A program made the position numbers and the translations under genes. From Octopus vulgaris (taxonomy: Eukaryota): a stretch of DNA of 64,000 nt. The notes under the pieces were generated by a model, which was not told where the DNA came from, did no database searches, and saw only the letters and a program-made list of their open reading frames with translations. The stretch's first letter is position 1, and every line of letters begins with the position of its first letter. The stretch spans positions 51,274,001 to 51,338,000 of the forward strand of contig OX597825.1 in NCBI GenBank assembly GCA_951406725.2. The letters run 5' to 3'. Below, in pieces: positions 39,601 to 54,254 of the stretch.

Positions 39601-42600
39601 ATCTCATAAGCCGAAACCAATTAGTAACAAATTTAATTATTGGTACTGCCGACCAAACTATACTTTACATTCCCAGTAGATATAATCTATAACAACAGAT
39701 TTAAGCAAATAAAGACACGGATTCTATTGCTAACGCTCTATCAGACTAGGAAATATGGTTTAATCACAAGCGTTTCCGGAATGTAATAAAAACACATCTT
39801 AATTAACACTCTGATCAATTTTTCGCTTCGGTTTTATCTAAGAACCTTTGTTTTAATTAAGGTTTTACCTTTATATTTCTTAATTACATATTTAACAATC
39901 ATTAATAGATAAACATTTCCATTTCTTGCTACGATAAAAATCAAATTGAGATTACTTTTTGACATCGATTTAAAACAGTGACAACATTTTAAACTGTAAC
40001 TATTTATCACTTCCTTCGGTTTATCACTATTGCTTTACTAGTATATTCGAAGGAAGTAAGATTTTCGTCTGAAACTGAACAGATTAATTTTGATAGTCAT
40101 TACACAGTTTGTATTGTATGGCATATAATGACACCTAGTTATTTGTAGACATAATTATCATAAGCCAAATATTTCGAATGACTTTTAGAAGTTGGTGGTT
40201 GGTTTTAGTCATGTGATGCAAAAACAAAGCGGATGTCAGTTTACCAATGGTGACATTCTCAAATGATGTATTTTACCAACTGCTTCTGAGAAGATGAGAA
40301 AATGAGATAAGGTAGATTGAAGTGATATGCTCAGAATAAAAACGATACTCCTGCAATTGATGTGATGACATCCTAGCGTCTTCCTGCTTCAAATTCATGT
40401 ATATATCAATGTCTAATAATATATGCAATATATTGCATATATTATTGCAAATTTGTATACCATATTAACTTACATCTTGTTGGCCAATTGTAGACTATTA
40501 CAAACTGCATTAAAATAGTAATACATTATACTGAATGTTAAATATAATATGTGTACCGTCAGATTTCGATAACATTTAACTGTATGAAAATTTGACACAA
40601 TGATATTAATAGCCAACGTTTATGTATATCTATATATGTATATGTGCGTTTGCGCGCTCACACATGTATATATGTACCTATGTATATATTTACGGTTTAG
40701 CATCTGAAGTTATGTGCATGCCCTGGTTGCATGTTGTTCATAACTATAGGACACGGCAAAATACAATGATATTTCTTGACGTGTAGTGATAGATATTTAC
40801 ATTTACCACATCTAAAAACCACATTTTGAAACATTTCAATATATACGTTTAAACTATACTATGATCTTTTACAAACTCGAAATGGTAGATGGAAAAACCA
40901 CTGATGTCTGCATTAAATAAGTAAACTACAGTGGTTACATTTTCCGAAAGTGACTGCAACAAAAATCATTCCCGATCAATTATATTTATTAATACAAATC
41001 AATGAATCACAATAGCTGATTATCAATAGATCGTGAAACAATTACTCATCATAATTCTCTGGTCAAGTTACACAATTGATAATTGTTTATATTTTGAAAA
41101 TATTAATTACATTAATTATGCTAACTGCTTTTCAATTCAAATTATTAATTGATTTTTTCCGTTTCTTCATAAGTTAATAATAGAGATGAGTTGAGTACAA
41201 CTAATTTAGCACAAAGTAATAGAATAGTTTACGAAAATATTATTCTCTATGATCATTTATTATTCCTTATTTACGCACACGATCAGAGGTGATGTATGAA
41301 ATTGTGACATTAATAACTTCTTTAAATACAATAAGACTATAAAGGAAGTGATTTTGTTTCAACTAAGTTCTGAAACAAGGAACCCGATGGAATATCATTG
41401 TAGGCGATGAGTCTGATGAGTCTGCTAGAAAAAGCAGTTAAAACATACTCTAAATATATCTTATTGTCTTAGAAATCATACATCGATTAACAGAGTTGTA
41501 GATAGCTATCTCAAAACTATAATGTGATAAATATAGTTACATTAGATGGCTTTGCTACAACGCTCTTAGTTAAATACCAGTTGGATTAGAAATGATTTGG
41601 CGTGAAACAACTACGATGATGACAACCGCAAAAACAACAAAGCCAACAATAATAGCATCAAACAAGAGCAATCGGAATGAAATATAGTCTTCAATAATTT
41701 GTACGATTTTATGTTTCTATATGATTTTGTTCATAGCTTATTATCAAATATATGGCTGGGATGGCAGTCAGGATATGACATTTAAGGAAATATAAAAGTA
41801 AGAAATATAAATTATAATTAAATATGTAACTTGCTATGACTTGTGTGTGTGGAAGTGTGTGTGAGTGTGTGTGTATGTTTTTATGTATATATGTATGTGT
41901 ATACACACATGTATATACACAAACACGCACGCATACACACATATACATCCGTTATACGAAAGAGATGAAGTATTAGATTAATATAGCCATCTGTGCAACA
42001 TACTTAATGCCAAACATTTCAAAAGGGCAAATTAGTAGTGGTATTCATCTAGAGATATCTATTATGGACTTACTGTTTTTAAAAAAGGAAATACATCAGT
42101 ATCAGACCAAAATCCTCCACAAGATGTGGTGAGATTAATACGTACGCATTATTTCTGCCTCGCTGGACTTTGTCAAAAGCATTTCCCCAAAGTCAACCAT
42201 GCTAAGACAATATCAATCGCTACCAATATTATCGTTAGAAAAAATCTGTCTACGATGTAGTTGAAATCTATGTCTACGACGTATTTACATTACGTATCCT
42301 TCGTTGTAGTTAAAAATCTATATATGCGATGTACTTGCATTACGTAAGCTGCAAAGTAGCATGTGAGTACAAGATACAAAAGCCAACGAAGCAGAAATGG
42401 GCATCTACGATTCTTACGGTCACTCTCAGACAGTTTTCGCCTATTACTGATGTATCTATGTTTTCCAAAAAAGAAAATCTATAAAATATATCCTTTCCGG
42501 CGGAATACTGCAGTTAATTAGAAGTGAGTGTGATACACAGAATGCATTTATGTATATATAAAAATATATGGAAAGAACAAGTGTATTACCACACGTGAAA

Positions 42601-43405
42601 AATATAGAAGTTTGAAAACGCATCTGACTCTAAAAATGTGTAGTAGTTTTTAAATTTTGGAAATGATTTATTGACAAACCAATCTAATTTCGACAATTTT
42701 CTTTACTTATGAATTGTATAAGTATATAAATAATGGTTTAAGAGAATTTAAACTTACAGGGTTAAAACTGGACCATCACGTTTTAACGTTCCAATGTTCA
42801 TAGATCTTCCCAAATCTCCAATAGGAACTTAGACATATGTTTACAACCGCTGAAAATTTCAGGTCTAGATTTCAGCAGTGAGTTAGAAACATTACATCTG
42901 AAAAAGATTTAAGCTAAGCATAGGTTACATGTTTTGGATCCGTCGACATAAGGTGTAGATTGGTCAATTATTTTCTCTTTATCGCATGTGGTGTGACGCT
43001 TGATTTCAAACTCCATACGTGGCCATCTAAATTAGTAGCGTTGCTTTTGTCCTCAGCAAGTTCCTCCTATACTTGATTAATTTGTATCATAAACTCTAAG
43101 TCACTGCCTTATAATTAACAGCCTTATAATTTACGGTCTAAAGCACATAACTATTTCTCCCTTTTACTTATTTCTGATTAATTTTTCCATTTGCGATTCT
43201 TTAAACCTTCTACTTTTTAAATATATTTCAGTCTAATCTTTTCTCGTTTCTTTCCTTACTCGACTTTTACTTTTTTATTTCATGTGGGATGAACCTGCTG
43301 TGTGTCCGACATTTCAGACATGTAATAAATTTTTGCTGAGCATGTTCTCAACCCCAAAAGATTATTAGTAGCATAAAAAGATATGTATTGAGTTTATTAA
43401 ATATG

Positions 43406-43459
<54 letters not shown>

Positions 43460-43464
43460 TATAA

Positions 43465-43506
<42 letters not shown>

Positions 43507-43535
43507 GTGTGGGTATACACTTATATATTCTAAAC

Positions 43536-43580
43536 AAAACTCTCCGATGAACGGGAACGTAACTCTGAGTAACAGTTTTT
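43536..43580 (+). ncRNA. Degenerate hammerhead motif, same family as the 62.8-kb pair
   Basis: aaaactct-ccgatga-acg-ggaa-cgt-aa-ctctgag-TA-acagttttt between TA tracts; core mutated. Confidence 0.6.
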
Positions 43581-43626
43581 GTGATAATTTTGGTGTTTTA
43601 AAATTTAGTATATATATATATATACT

Positions 43627-43660
<34 letters not shown>

Positions 43661-44067
43661 AGTATAGCATGAAAAGAGTTCTCTTGAATCACATCTACTT
43701 CTTCCAGAACTCCAAATTTGTATATATTGAAAAAATTGGTATTCATTATACTTCGTTACAAGTGTTTTATTTGTTGATATGAGTCACGAAATTTTACATA
43801 AAAAACATGTAAAATATCTTGTTCTAGAAATTCTTCGAAGAGCCGAAAAATACAAGCATTATTTTATTCTGTGTTTGAAGAATATTCAGATGGGGATATC
43901 TTAAATCTTTTACCTAAAAGAACAATTTTATAACTCCAATAGGCAAATGAAACAGGTGTAATGATGAAGAGGTAATACCAGCAGTTTTCCCAATATCCTG
44001 TTTTGGTATATGTATTAGTGTGTGTGTATGAATGTATATGTATATATACATACTAACACACACACAC

Positions 44068-44104
<37 letters not shown>

Positions 44105-44182
44105 AAAGTGTGTGATGGAATATATATATATATATATATATATATAAGTATATATGTGTATGTATACATATACATATACATT

Positions 44183-44246
<64 letters not shown>

Positions 44247-46006
44247 AAAGAGATACCCGAAGAATAGGATATCTGACTCGCTAGAAAGAGCAGTTAAATC
44301 CTCCAAGCCACCAATTGTTGTAATCCCGAAAGTGATTGGAAAATAAAAACTTTTACCTTAATTCTAGACCTGCAAGGTTTCTGCAGACTTAAATACAGAC
44401 TGAAATAAAATAATTTCAGTCTATATCTGGCGCTGCTTCTTCAGTAGGTTGCCAGGACTGAACACATAGGCACGGAGCGATAAATAACCCGCCACGTGTC
44501 TATAGGATCTAATTTTTCGAATCTACCGCGCAGAAGCGGAACTCAAACAGCACTAAAAAAGCAATTTATTTTTATATATACACATACATACACACACACG
44601 CACACACACACATATCACTGTATGACTCTACTGACCAGACTATCACATATTATATACAATGCGCTTCCAATTTTATCTTGATTGCGTCATTCTTTCCCGT
44701 CTTGGCAGAAATCGTTTAAGAAAATCATATTCCCATCGTGATGGAGGTCTTCCGAGTAGTATTTTCCAATGTCTTGGATGTTACACGGCAACGGGTTTGT
44801 TTCACATATTGTTTGTAAACTGTCTAACATATCTGACCCAGCGGAACTTGTACACTCGTTTTCTGCCATCACGTCGTCCACTACGCTCTGTCCCGTAATT
44901 GTCTCGGATATGAACTCCCAATGATATTCATAACATATAACTTTCCATGGCCCTTCCAGTCGTAGCTAATCGATATTCTCTCTTCTTCATTGTCGCTCAT
45001 ATCTCAATATGGTATAAAAACGCAAGTATGACGCTGCTATTGGGTGGCACATATGATGTTGTCCATTTTTTTAAAGCATATGATTTATTGAGTTAAACGC
45101 CGCACATTCTGCTCTTATTCTCTTCGAGATTTCATCATCCCTGTCTTGGCGCATAACCATTGTCTGTTCTTTGAAGACGTAGTTCTTTACCTCCTCGATT
45201 TCATAGTTTGTCAACTCTGCTGGGCTACATTTTCGGACAACATATTGATTGTCTACACGTGATTTATATTAAAGCTTATTGCAAAGCAATAAGCATCCAT
45301 CTTTGTCAGCATGAGCTGTACTTTTGGTGAAGAGTATGGTATCAAGTGCCAATCGTATCTGTGTTAGTACCAAACCGTTGATACTCACGCCATATATCTA
45401 GTCACTCTACAGGCATTTAGTCAGGAAAGAAAAAATATAAATTTAGATCGCAAACCCCAATTTTCATTTTTTTATTTTTAAAATCACACACACACACAGA
45501 CAGACGAACAATAGTATTGATATAAAGAACAACTAAGGTCATTTGAAGCAGTAAATACACAGAAAGGAGTTAGCTCCCTTGTTATGTTTATCCAGACCAG
45601 AAAAAACTAATTTAACCATAACAGCACAAAAGATTGATTTTCAAATTTATCCACTTCATAATTGTTGAACATCGCTAGAATATTACCTAAAATTTTCCAC
45701 TTAAAATTTGACTTTTAAACTTTGGTGGTTTTCGATATATACAAAATATGGCTGAAAATATTGCACTTGATAATGAACTCAGAACGAAACGGGCGTTGTC
45801 TTAATTATTAAATATACATATATGTAGCTCATACCATATTTTGAGTACTATATGTAAAATAAATTGACTTCTATTGAACCTATTTCAACAGAAATAATGT
45901 ATAAAAGCTGTTTATCATTGTCTCTCTGTCTCTGTCTGTCTGTCTTTCTCTCCATCTGAATGTGTGTGTATGTCAAACGCTCTTTCCCTGTCTTCGTGTA
46001 TGTATG

Positions 46007-46042
<36 letters not shown>

Positions 46043-48302
46043 CATACATACAAACATATATATATATATATATATATATATTACAGAGAGAGAGAGAGAG
46101 CGAGAGAAGAGAAGGATAGCGATAGATAGATACACACATATACTTATTTGTGTACATGCATGTAGGAAGGCATGTATATGTGTGTACGTGCAGTTCTTCC
46201 CGTGTTAATGACAGCGTAGAAGTGAAATGCGAACATCAAGTATATTAGTTGCTTTCTAATTTCGCCAGCATAGTTGACATTCAGTGATCAGGTGCAATAT
46301 ATTGTGTAATTACTAATGTTAGGCTGATTACTATTTCAACTCATGCAGGATATATAAGTCATATTTCAGATTAAGATTTGGCGTGAACACAATGGACGCT
46401 ATAACAACAACATCACCAAGTACAACCACGATAACTACTGCAACATGAACAACAACAATAACAATTATAAAAATAACAGTTGTCCAAACAAATTTTCGTA
46501 CAGACCAGCATATCCGAATCTATAAAGTCTAGTGTAATACGTGGATATGAAATAGTATACTGACAAATGAATGTTATAGAAAGGTGAGATAAAAGTAATT
46601 TTGTTTGTAAGAATCATTGTATGAAAGAATAAACGTGTTTGTAGCAAGTGAATATGAATATAATATACATTTACAACACTGTTCGTATTTCATGCTAGGT
46701 TTAACTGGTACGTGTCTCATCATTTCATTAATACAGGGTTGATGTGTGTTCAATATTCCTTTGTAGAAACAGATGAAACAACTGTTTCTTTGATGAAGAT
46801 CATCAGCTGCCTTCTAATGTACCTTATCTCGTCTAACGTTATCATTTGCACTGATTCCACTACGAAGATTTATGAAGTACTTATTCGCTTAAACAATGAA
46901 TAACGTTTTCTAGTGCTGTGCGTCGAAGTCTGGAATGAAGTTACGAATCGCCGTCGCAGAATTTCATGCACTTAACAACTACTGCATGAGTGAAACTCTA
47001 TGTGGTCGTTCAGCTGTTTGACATAGTTGCCAAATTTCCTTCAAATTATGCCATACGCTCTTAAAAGGGGTACTACAAACTAAAAAATATATTCCAAGAT
47101 AAACATGACATGTTCGAATATCTTTTGCTCGTAGGATAGCTGGCAATAGGGTCGGTTTGAGGGTTGCATAAGTTTTTGTGAATGCCATAGGACCAATATG
47201 TAACCATCCAACCTGTTACAAATAACAGCCAAAACATTCTCAAATGAAATACTAACAATGCTTAGTAAGTGGAATACAAAATATCGGCCTTAATAAAATC
47301 ACGTTTTTGTGTTTTTTGCGATGGGAGTGAAGCACAAATTATAGTCTTTATGGTGAAAAGGGTCAATGGCCACATCAATATTAGGATTGAGAAATGAGAA
47401 GTCACCGATCCTAATACTGGCGTCGGCAGAACGCTGCTTAAAGAGGTTATAGGACGGCTTCAGAATTATGGAATTGATGTGAAATTTGTTGCTTGCTTTG
47501 TAAAGTTCATTTTTTCTTCTAAAAAATAATCAAACATTAACAGATTAATGGTGTCCCCAGTTTTGTCTTTCCTCCTCTGACAGTGGGGGAACTAGAAATA
47601 AGCCCCCACCCCGCAGAATATTAGTTTATTACTATGTCTGAAATATTAGGCATCGTACATTAATCTTGAGATTACTTTACCTAATTTGTTGATATAATAT
47701 TTAGTACCATGATCTCTGACGCCATCTTTTCGCTGTCACATGACCAAACTAATTTAGTCATTATGAATACGTGACCGTATTATAAGAAAGCCATATTAAA
47801 CATATGTCTATATTTGAAGATACCAATCAACTAGTATAGTTAAGCTGAAAACATAGCATGGTGTTTAATTCCCAAACTTGCGTTTGAAAGAAGTTTCTTA
47901 CGAACCGATAAACGTCAGCCAAAATAAACAAACGATAATATATAGTGCAGTAAAAACCTTGTTTGAAAACATCTTCAAACCAAGTTTTAGTGGAAAGTAA
48001 TTATAGAGAATATTTAATTAATCTGAAGTTTCCTCTCAAATACTTTTGTCAAAAACTCGAGTAAAATATTGGAAGATTGGGGAAACAAATCAACAAATAA
48101 TAAATAAACAATAACAATAGAATTTATAAACAATAATAATAAGATAAATAATTCTTAAATACAAATTCGTCGTGTTAATATTTAATTTCCCTGTAGGCCA
48201 ATAAAAATATTGCTTTATAACAAACGAAAACAATATTAAAATGATAGAATATGAATCAAATACAAATGAAAAGGAGGAAGGGGCTAGATAGTAACATAGA
48301 TG

Positions 48303-48392
<90 letters not shown>

Positions 48393-49266
48393 TATATATA
48401 CATATACATATATATATATACACGCACATGTGAAAATAGAGAGAAAGACGGAGAAAACGAAAGTGTTTAGGCAAACATAACGCAATAAATTATGGCTTTG
48501 TAAAGACAGTTGTCACTTGAGATAGTGTTGGTGCTCTGGTCATACTTTTACAATCCAATTTACTAAAATGTTTAAAATAAAGATTGGTCGGTGACTAATA
48601 AAAAAAATATGTCCATGACATTAAATTATTATTTTCTCTATGAGAAGAAAAATACAAAATAGAAAATAACGATAGCTATAACGTTTCTTTGAAATGATTT
48701 GCCAGTTCAAATACTAAATTATATAAGATATTCTTATTTGAAGCAAACCATTAACCCTTGAAATAAACTTTGGTTTTTGAAATATAGTTTATAAATTATT
48801 CATGAAAGATGTTATTATTAGAGGTTTGACAACTTCAATATGTAATGAAATTACATGCATAAAGCACATTTATAAGCCGTGCCTTCATGTAAGAGAGATA
48901 ATATCTTATATAGCTCTCAATTTACATGGAATATAATGTAGGCTACAGCATTGATAAGACTGCCTCTACGGAATAATGAAATTGTGGGTGTGTTAAGGTG
49001 CTGATAATGGCATAGTATACATCCTAAACAGTTGTAATAACCGGATTATTTAAACAAGGATTAATAGTTATTCTGATGAATATGTCCAGTAGCAAGACTT
49101 TTACTTTTACTAAGTCATGATCAAGATTTAGTAGTACTTCACACCCGTCAGTGAATGGTGGACGGTTCACTGAATATTGCACAGCCTACATAGCTGCGCC
49201 TGTTCCTGTTTCTTAATAGAAACATTGAAGGAGGCTCTTACACTAATGCTTACAGCGGATCATGTA

Positions 49267-49490
49267 CGAGGTGGGGCGAGCGGCTAAAACGTTCTTGGTT
49301 CTGGGTAAAAGGAAATAAAAGAGGATCAGTTATTTATGATTTTATTCAACATATCCCCCTTCCCTGATTCACACACTCATTGTAGCTGTCCTTCAGTTTT
49401 CTAAGTCTTGTAAAAGAACTCGGAAGTTTGGACCTCCAGCCAGGCTTTTCACGATACCCTTAAAGCCAGGAACTTTTCAGCACCACCTCC
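49267..49490. mobile_element. Mariner-derived MITE
   Basis: TA then cgaggtgg...ctaaaacgttcttgg at the left end; ccaggaacttttcagcaccacctc at the right end (imperfect TIRs); about 225 bp, non-coding. Confidence 0.65.
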
Positions 49491-49835
49491 CGGCTTTCTT
49501 TAATATAGTTACGATAGTGTTACGTGGATGAAATTGGAAACTCTACACTCTTAGTTTAATTAGTCTAACAGATTTACTTATGAAAAAAATTGCTCATCAC
49601 AGCAAGACATTATACCTCCTACATTGCACCCGCTGCATTCACCAGCGAGTTATTTACCATCCATACGGACGTTCATGAAGCATGTGAGTGGTCGATTCTT
49701 GTTGAATGCTAAAACAATGAAAAATATATATACTGGAGAACAAGTAGATAGATATATTTTTCAACGCGTAAATACTGACAGAGCAGTATAGATAGGATAA
49801 AATCCATATTTTAGAGCAGAAAAGTTTGTCGACAA

Positions 49836-49906
49836 CCAGCTATGTGGATAACACTCACACCCCTCTAATATCCGGTCAGAGTGCTCTACCTTTCAGCTAA
49901 ACTGCC
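49836..49906 (-). pseudogene. tRNA-like sequence (pseudo-tRNA or SINE head)
   Basis: ggcagtt-tagctgaaaggtagagc (D arm)-a-ctctga-ccggata-ttagag (anticodon-like arm)-degenerate T arm-agctg. Confidence 0.45.
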
Positions 49907-49974
49907 GACCGATAAATTCTTCTACAAATTTAGAAGTTATAAATCCATCCGGAAACGCTAGATGTCATATAGAT

Positions 49975-50186
49975 TACGTCATAAATAAACAAACATAAGA
50001 TTTTTTTTTAAGTGTTGAAATGTCTTGTAGAACATGTAGAAAGATATAGTTTTCAACGCGTAAATACTGACAGAACAGCATATATATTGGATATAATTCT
50101 ATATTTACGTGTTGAAAACTATATCTTTCTACTTGTTGTACAATACATATAAAACAAAAAAAAATTGTTTGTTTACATATGACGTA
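49975..50186. repeat. Imperfect fold-back element
   Basis: 42-bp arms 50025-50066 and 50102-50143 (3 mismatches), outer arms tacgtcata...tatgacgta; direct copy of part of it at about 49741-49812. Confidence 0.8.
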
Positions 50187-50869
50187 GTATATGTACTGGA
50201 ACGTGGTGCAAATTATATATTTGGTTGATCGAAATATTTTCTTTTTCCTTGGACACCAGATTTCCTTGAGGCATACTACATGGTGATAATTCCTGAACAG
50301 TTGGGTCCCATATATGGGTAGAAATATTTAAATATTAATAAATAGTTTAGTTGGATTGTTGTCATTTGTTCATTCTCGAGCCATGCCGGTTTCGCGGTTT
50401 CATTGGCGTATAGGTTCACCACCTGTACGGGACACCGGTTCGTCACAGGTGAACTGTTATATATATATATATATATGTATATATATAATTTAATACATAC
50501 ATTTCAGATAATGGCATAGCTGATAAAAATAGAATTTCATCTTAAAACATTTCAAAATATGAAGAATTTGATGGAATTCGACCTTTATATCTGGTCAGAG
50601 CAGATTAAGTCTTCTACTAGATGAGGAGAGGAAAAAGAGAGAAAGGAAGAGAATGGAGGAGGGCAAAGAGAAGAAAAGGAAAAAAGTGACGGTACATTCG
50701 TGTGTGTGTGTGTTTGTGTCTAATGTTATAATGATATATTTGTCATTCTTAACAACACCATAGTCATCCTGTATTTCCAGCTGTGCACCTTACCAGCACC
50801 ATAGTCATCAGTACTTCAAGCACTATTGATGAAGTATTGGAATATGGAAGTTATCACATATAACTTCAA

Positions 50870-51020
50870 CACTTATAGTTTCATCCGCTGAATACAGAGC
50901 TTAAGACTTTTGGCCAAAGTGCTCGCGAAAATTGACACTAATCATCCATTGTGTTTAAACATCAACCACAAATTATTTTATCGAACCCCAAAGAGTGAAA
51001 GGCAATGACGACCTATAATA
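50870..51020 (-). mobile_element. SINE family B fragment
   Basis: attattttatcgaacccc...tgaaaggcaatg is the reverse complement of the family B core. Confidence 0.5.
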
Positions 51021-51716
51021 ATAAGCGCTGTCTGGTGGGAGAGTGCGAGATTGTGCAGAACGACGATACTGTTGTGTGTGCTTATGTGCAACGTCCGAGT
51101 ATTGCTGACATTTAGAGTCTTGCCGAGCAGCGGTTATTGCGTGTGCAACGTATCCGACTGTCGACCGAAAGCATCGTGACGATCACCCACATTAACCACC
51201 TTTAACAAGGCACGGAAGGTGATGTTTTCTTACCTATTGGTTATTTTGAAAGTGCTTAGGTGGCGATATAGGATTGAAGAAAGACACCATCCTCTTTGAT
51301 CAAGGTTTCATCGATTTTGTAAAGTTCCGCTTAGAAAGAAAAGTTAGGGTAGAGAGAGGAGTATTAACTCCCAGTGAATTTGTGAAACGAAGGCTCACTG
51401 TGGCACAAATAGTTAGAGTGAATGGCCCCACTCTAAATATATGCCTGTAGATTAGAGGACATGAGAGAAGGCTTGCGCCTTTGGTGATCAGAGTAATCCT
51501 TGGTCTGTGGCGTTCCTTTATTGGACTTAGATGGATTTTCTCTTGTTTCAGGGGGATTGCATCATCCATATCATTACATACTTAGTACGCTACGTATACT
51601 TTTATTGCATTTCACTTTTTTCCGTTTCTTTCTCCCCATTTCTTACGTAGATCCGCACAAAATTTGCTGTTTGCCCTTGTGATGACGGACAAACTATGTC
51701 CCTGAGGCTGATAAAA

Positions 51717-51722
51717 GTTCTT

Positions 51723-51795
<73 letters not shown>

Positions 51796-51810
51796 GTAGT
51801 AGTAGTAGTG

Positions 51811-51872
<62 letters not shown>

Positions 51873-51910
51873 CGTAATAGCAGCAGCAACAGCAACAGCA
51901 GCAGTAGTAA
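51717..51910. repeat. Compound (CTT)(ATT)(AGT)(AGC) microsatellite
   Basis: Directly visible. Confidence 0.95.
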
Positions 51911-52639
51911 CAGTAGCCGTTACAGTTGCATGTGTTTATTCCTTCTACTTTTCTTCTTCCTTGCCCTCGTTCTCATCACGATATAGTACAAAATATAGAA
52001 CAGCATATAGTTATACGTCAATTTATTACATTCACTATAGTGAAATAAGAATGCTTACTTCATTCACTTTTCAAAGTATTCTTTAATTAATCACATTTGT
52101 TTAACCCCAAAGTAGGATTCATTTAAAATGTATGTAAATTTTCTCTTTACATTGTTTTGACAAAGCCTTTCAAATTTGAATTTATTTTAGTAATTCCAAA
52201 ATAATCTCCTCTTCAGGTTAATGAGAATTGTCGTTAGATTTAATTAATTGATAACAGATATCAGTCGAAACTAAATAAAATGAATAGACGGCTATTATGT
52301 AACAAAAACGTCGTAAGAAAGACAAACATTTTGGAAAGCAAATGAAACGAAATGCCATAACGTATTTTGATTAAGAAATCTTACCAAATATTTATTTTTT
52401 TAAATTTCTTATCAAATAAACATAATTCTAAGACGGTATGAGATATATTTTATTTAAGTTTTTGGAAGTTTATATAAATCTGTTGCTAGGTCTGTAGTGT
52501 AGGGAGGGTGAGCGACAATTTTGATGCCTATTTCTATCAAGTTACCAGGCTGGCATTGTTAATTGGTGCATTATTCTTGCGTAGATACTCTGTTAAAACC
52601 AGATGTTTGGCTTATACAAGTTAATATATAAGACATCTA

Positions 52640-52825
52640 AGGTGGTTAGCTGGCAAAGTCTGGGCAAAATGCTTAGCGGCATTTTGTTCGTTTTGGCGTT
52701 CTGAGTTCAAACTCCGCCGTGGTTCAAACTCCGCCTTTCATCCACTTGAAGACGATAAAATAACTACCAGTTGAGTACTGGAGTCGATATAATCAACTTT
52801 CTCCCTCCTCCGAAATTTGAAACCA
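52640..52825 (+). mobile_element. tRNA-derived SINE family B
   Basis: ggtggttagctggca...ctgagttcaaactcc (B box)...gcctttcatcc...gataaaataactaccagttgagtactggagtcgat. Confidence 0.7.
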
Positions 52826-53382
52826 GTATATTAGAAATTTGTAGTATTTCATGTTTCTGTAGAGGTTTTGCCTAGTTTAACACAAAACTTAATTGCAAAA
52901 CTATAATTGTCTTCAGGTCTCGACAGCATTCTGCAAAGTAGTCTGATCTGACAAGGAATGTTTAGTAGGATGTGTCCAAAGTGCTTTTATAATTGTATCC
53001 TTCAATCGGAAATAACATTAGTTGTCAGGTCATATCATTAACTGTATAGTGATGATATACTGTACTAAAATTGCAGCATTCTTGGCCAGTTATCACTGCT
53101 TCTCCTAGAGAAGTATCTAAACTTCTGGAATATACTTATTAAGTAAACATGCAAAATGAGGGTGCTTGTGTGTTTGTTTCTGTGTGTGAGAGAGAGGGGG
53201 GGAGAGAGAATGTGTGTATTTATATACATGTCAGCACTGGCATGGCAGTGTAATAAAGAACGCTACTTTGCAAACACATGGTTTCGACTTCATTCTTTAT
53301 GCACGTCATCTTCTGCAAAAGTTTTCTAATATAGCACCGTGGCAACTAATGCCTTGCGGGTGAATTTTGTCACTTGAAGCAT

Positions 53383-53404
53383 GTATATATATATATATAT
53401 ATAT

Positions 53405-53443
<39 letters not shown>

Positions 53444-53492
53444 AAGAGACAGACAGATAGATAGATAGATATATATATATAGATAGATAGAC

Positions 53493-53533
<41 letters not shown>

Positions 53534-53543
53534 CATACATACA

Positions 53544-53577
<34 letters not shown>

Positions 53578-53584
53578 CATAGAC

Positions 53585-53680
<96 letters not shown>
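53383..53680. repeat. Compound (TA)(GA)(GATA)(CATA) microsatellite
   Basis: Directly visible. Confidence 0.95.
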
Positions 53681-54236
53681 CATAATCATCATTGTTCGAC
53701 CGTGGTCGAGACAATGGAATTTACCATGTTGCGCCAGACTTCACGGTCCATCATAGCATTACGGAGGTCCTGTTGCTGGATGCCTGTATCCCTGGAGATT
53801 ACATCAGGGTAGGAGAGTGTGCGCCCTCTGGTGTTGCGAGTAGATGGCTTCCAGAGGAGAAGAGTAGAAATTACTTCTTTTTCAGCTCTACAACAATGTC
53901 CAGCAAACTGAACTCTCCTACCTTTCACAAGAGATGACACAGGTGGTAATTTCCCATATATTTGCATTTTAGTTGAATGGCGCCTCCACGAGAGATTTTG
54001 AGCTCTCATAAGGAGGCGAGTGTAGGTTCCATCCAACCGCCTCTCAAGCTTATTTGATAACGTCCAGGTTCTTAGCCATATAGTAGGATTGGTTCGACTG
54101 TGGCTTTGAATATTTCAAGTTTGAAGTCTCTACTTAGATTTGATGACCAGATCTTATGCATGTCATTACAGGCTGACCAGGCCATAGCCTTTCTAGTTAG
54201 AAAGTCTTTTCCAGATGATGATATGTATGACCCAAG
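53681..54236 (-). mobile_element. 5'-truncated RTE-clade LINE flanked by (GATA)n
   Basis: YLGSYI...AWSAC...TVEPILLYG...DGTYTRLLMRAQNLSW...RRVQFAGHC...MMDREVWR, stop at 53689; (GATA)n on both sides. Confidence 0.85.
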
Positions 54237-54254
54237 ATAGATAGATAGATAGAT

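Noticed and set aside
42240-42350. Degenerate ~50-bp tandem duplication
   Set aside because: Only about two diverged units; not a CRISPR array or satellite, and the context is eukaryotic
44620-45430. Possible piggyBac-like remnant with an acidic ORF piece
   Set aside because: No clear TTAA target site, TIR pair or catalytic motif could be established
46760-46815. Minus-strand CTGATGA...GAAA motif
   Set aside because: Stem II does not pair and stem I is out of register with the cleavage site
47073-47258. 61-aa minus-strand ORF with a hydrophobic N-terminus
   Set aside because: Signal-peptide-like starts arise by chance in AT-rich DNA; no family motif recognised
51675-51715. gtgatga-c-ggaca-aacta-tgtcc hairpin
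   Set aside because: Stem II-like hairpin only; no GAAA or cleavage triplet
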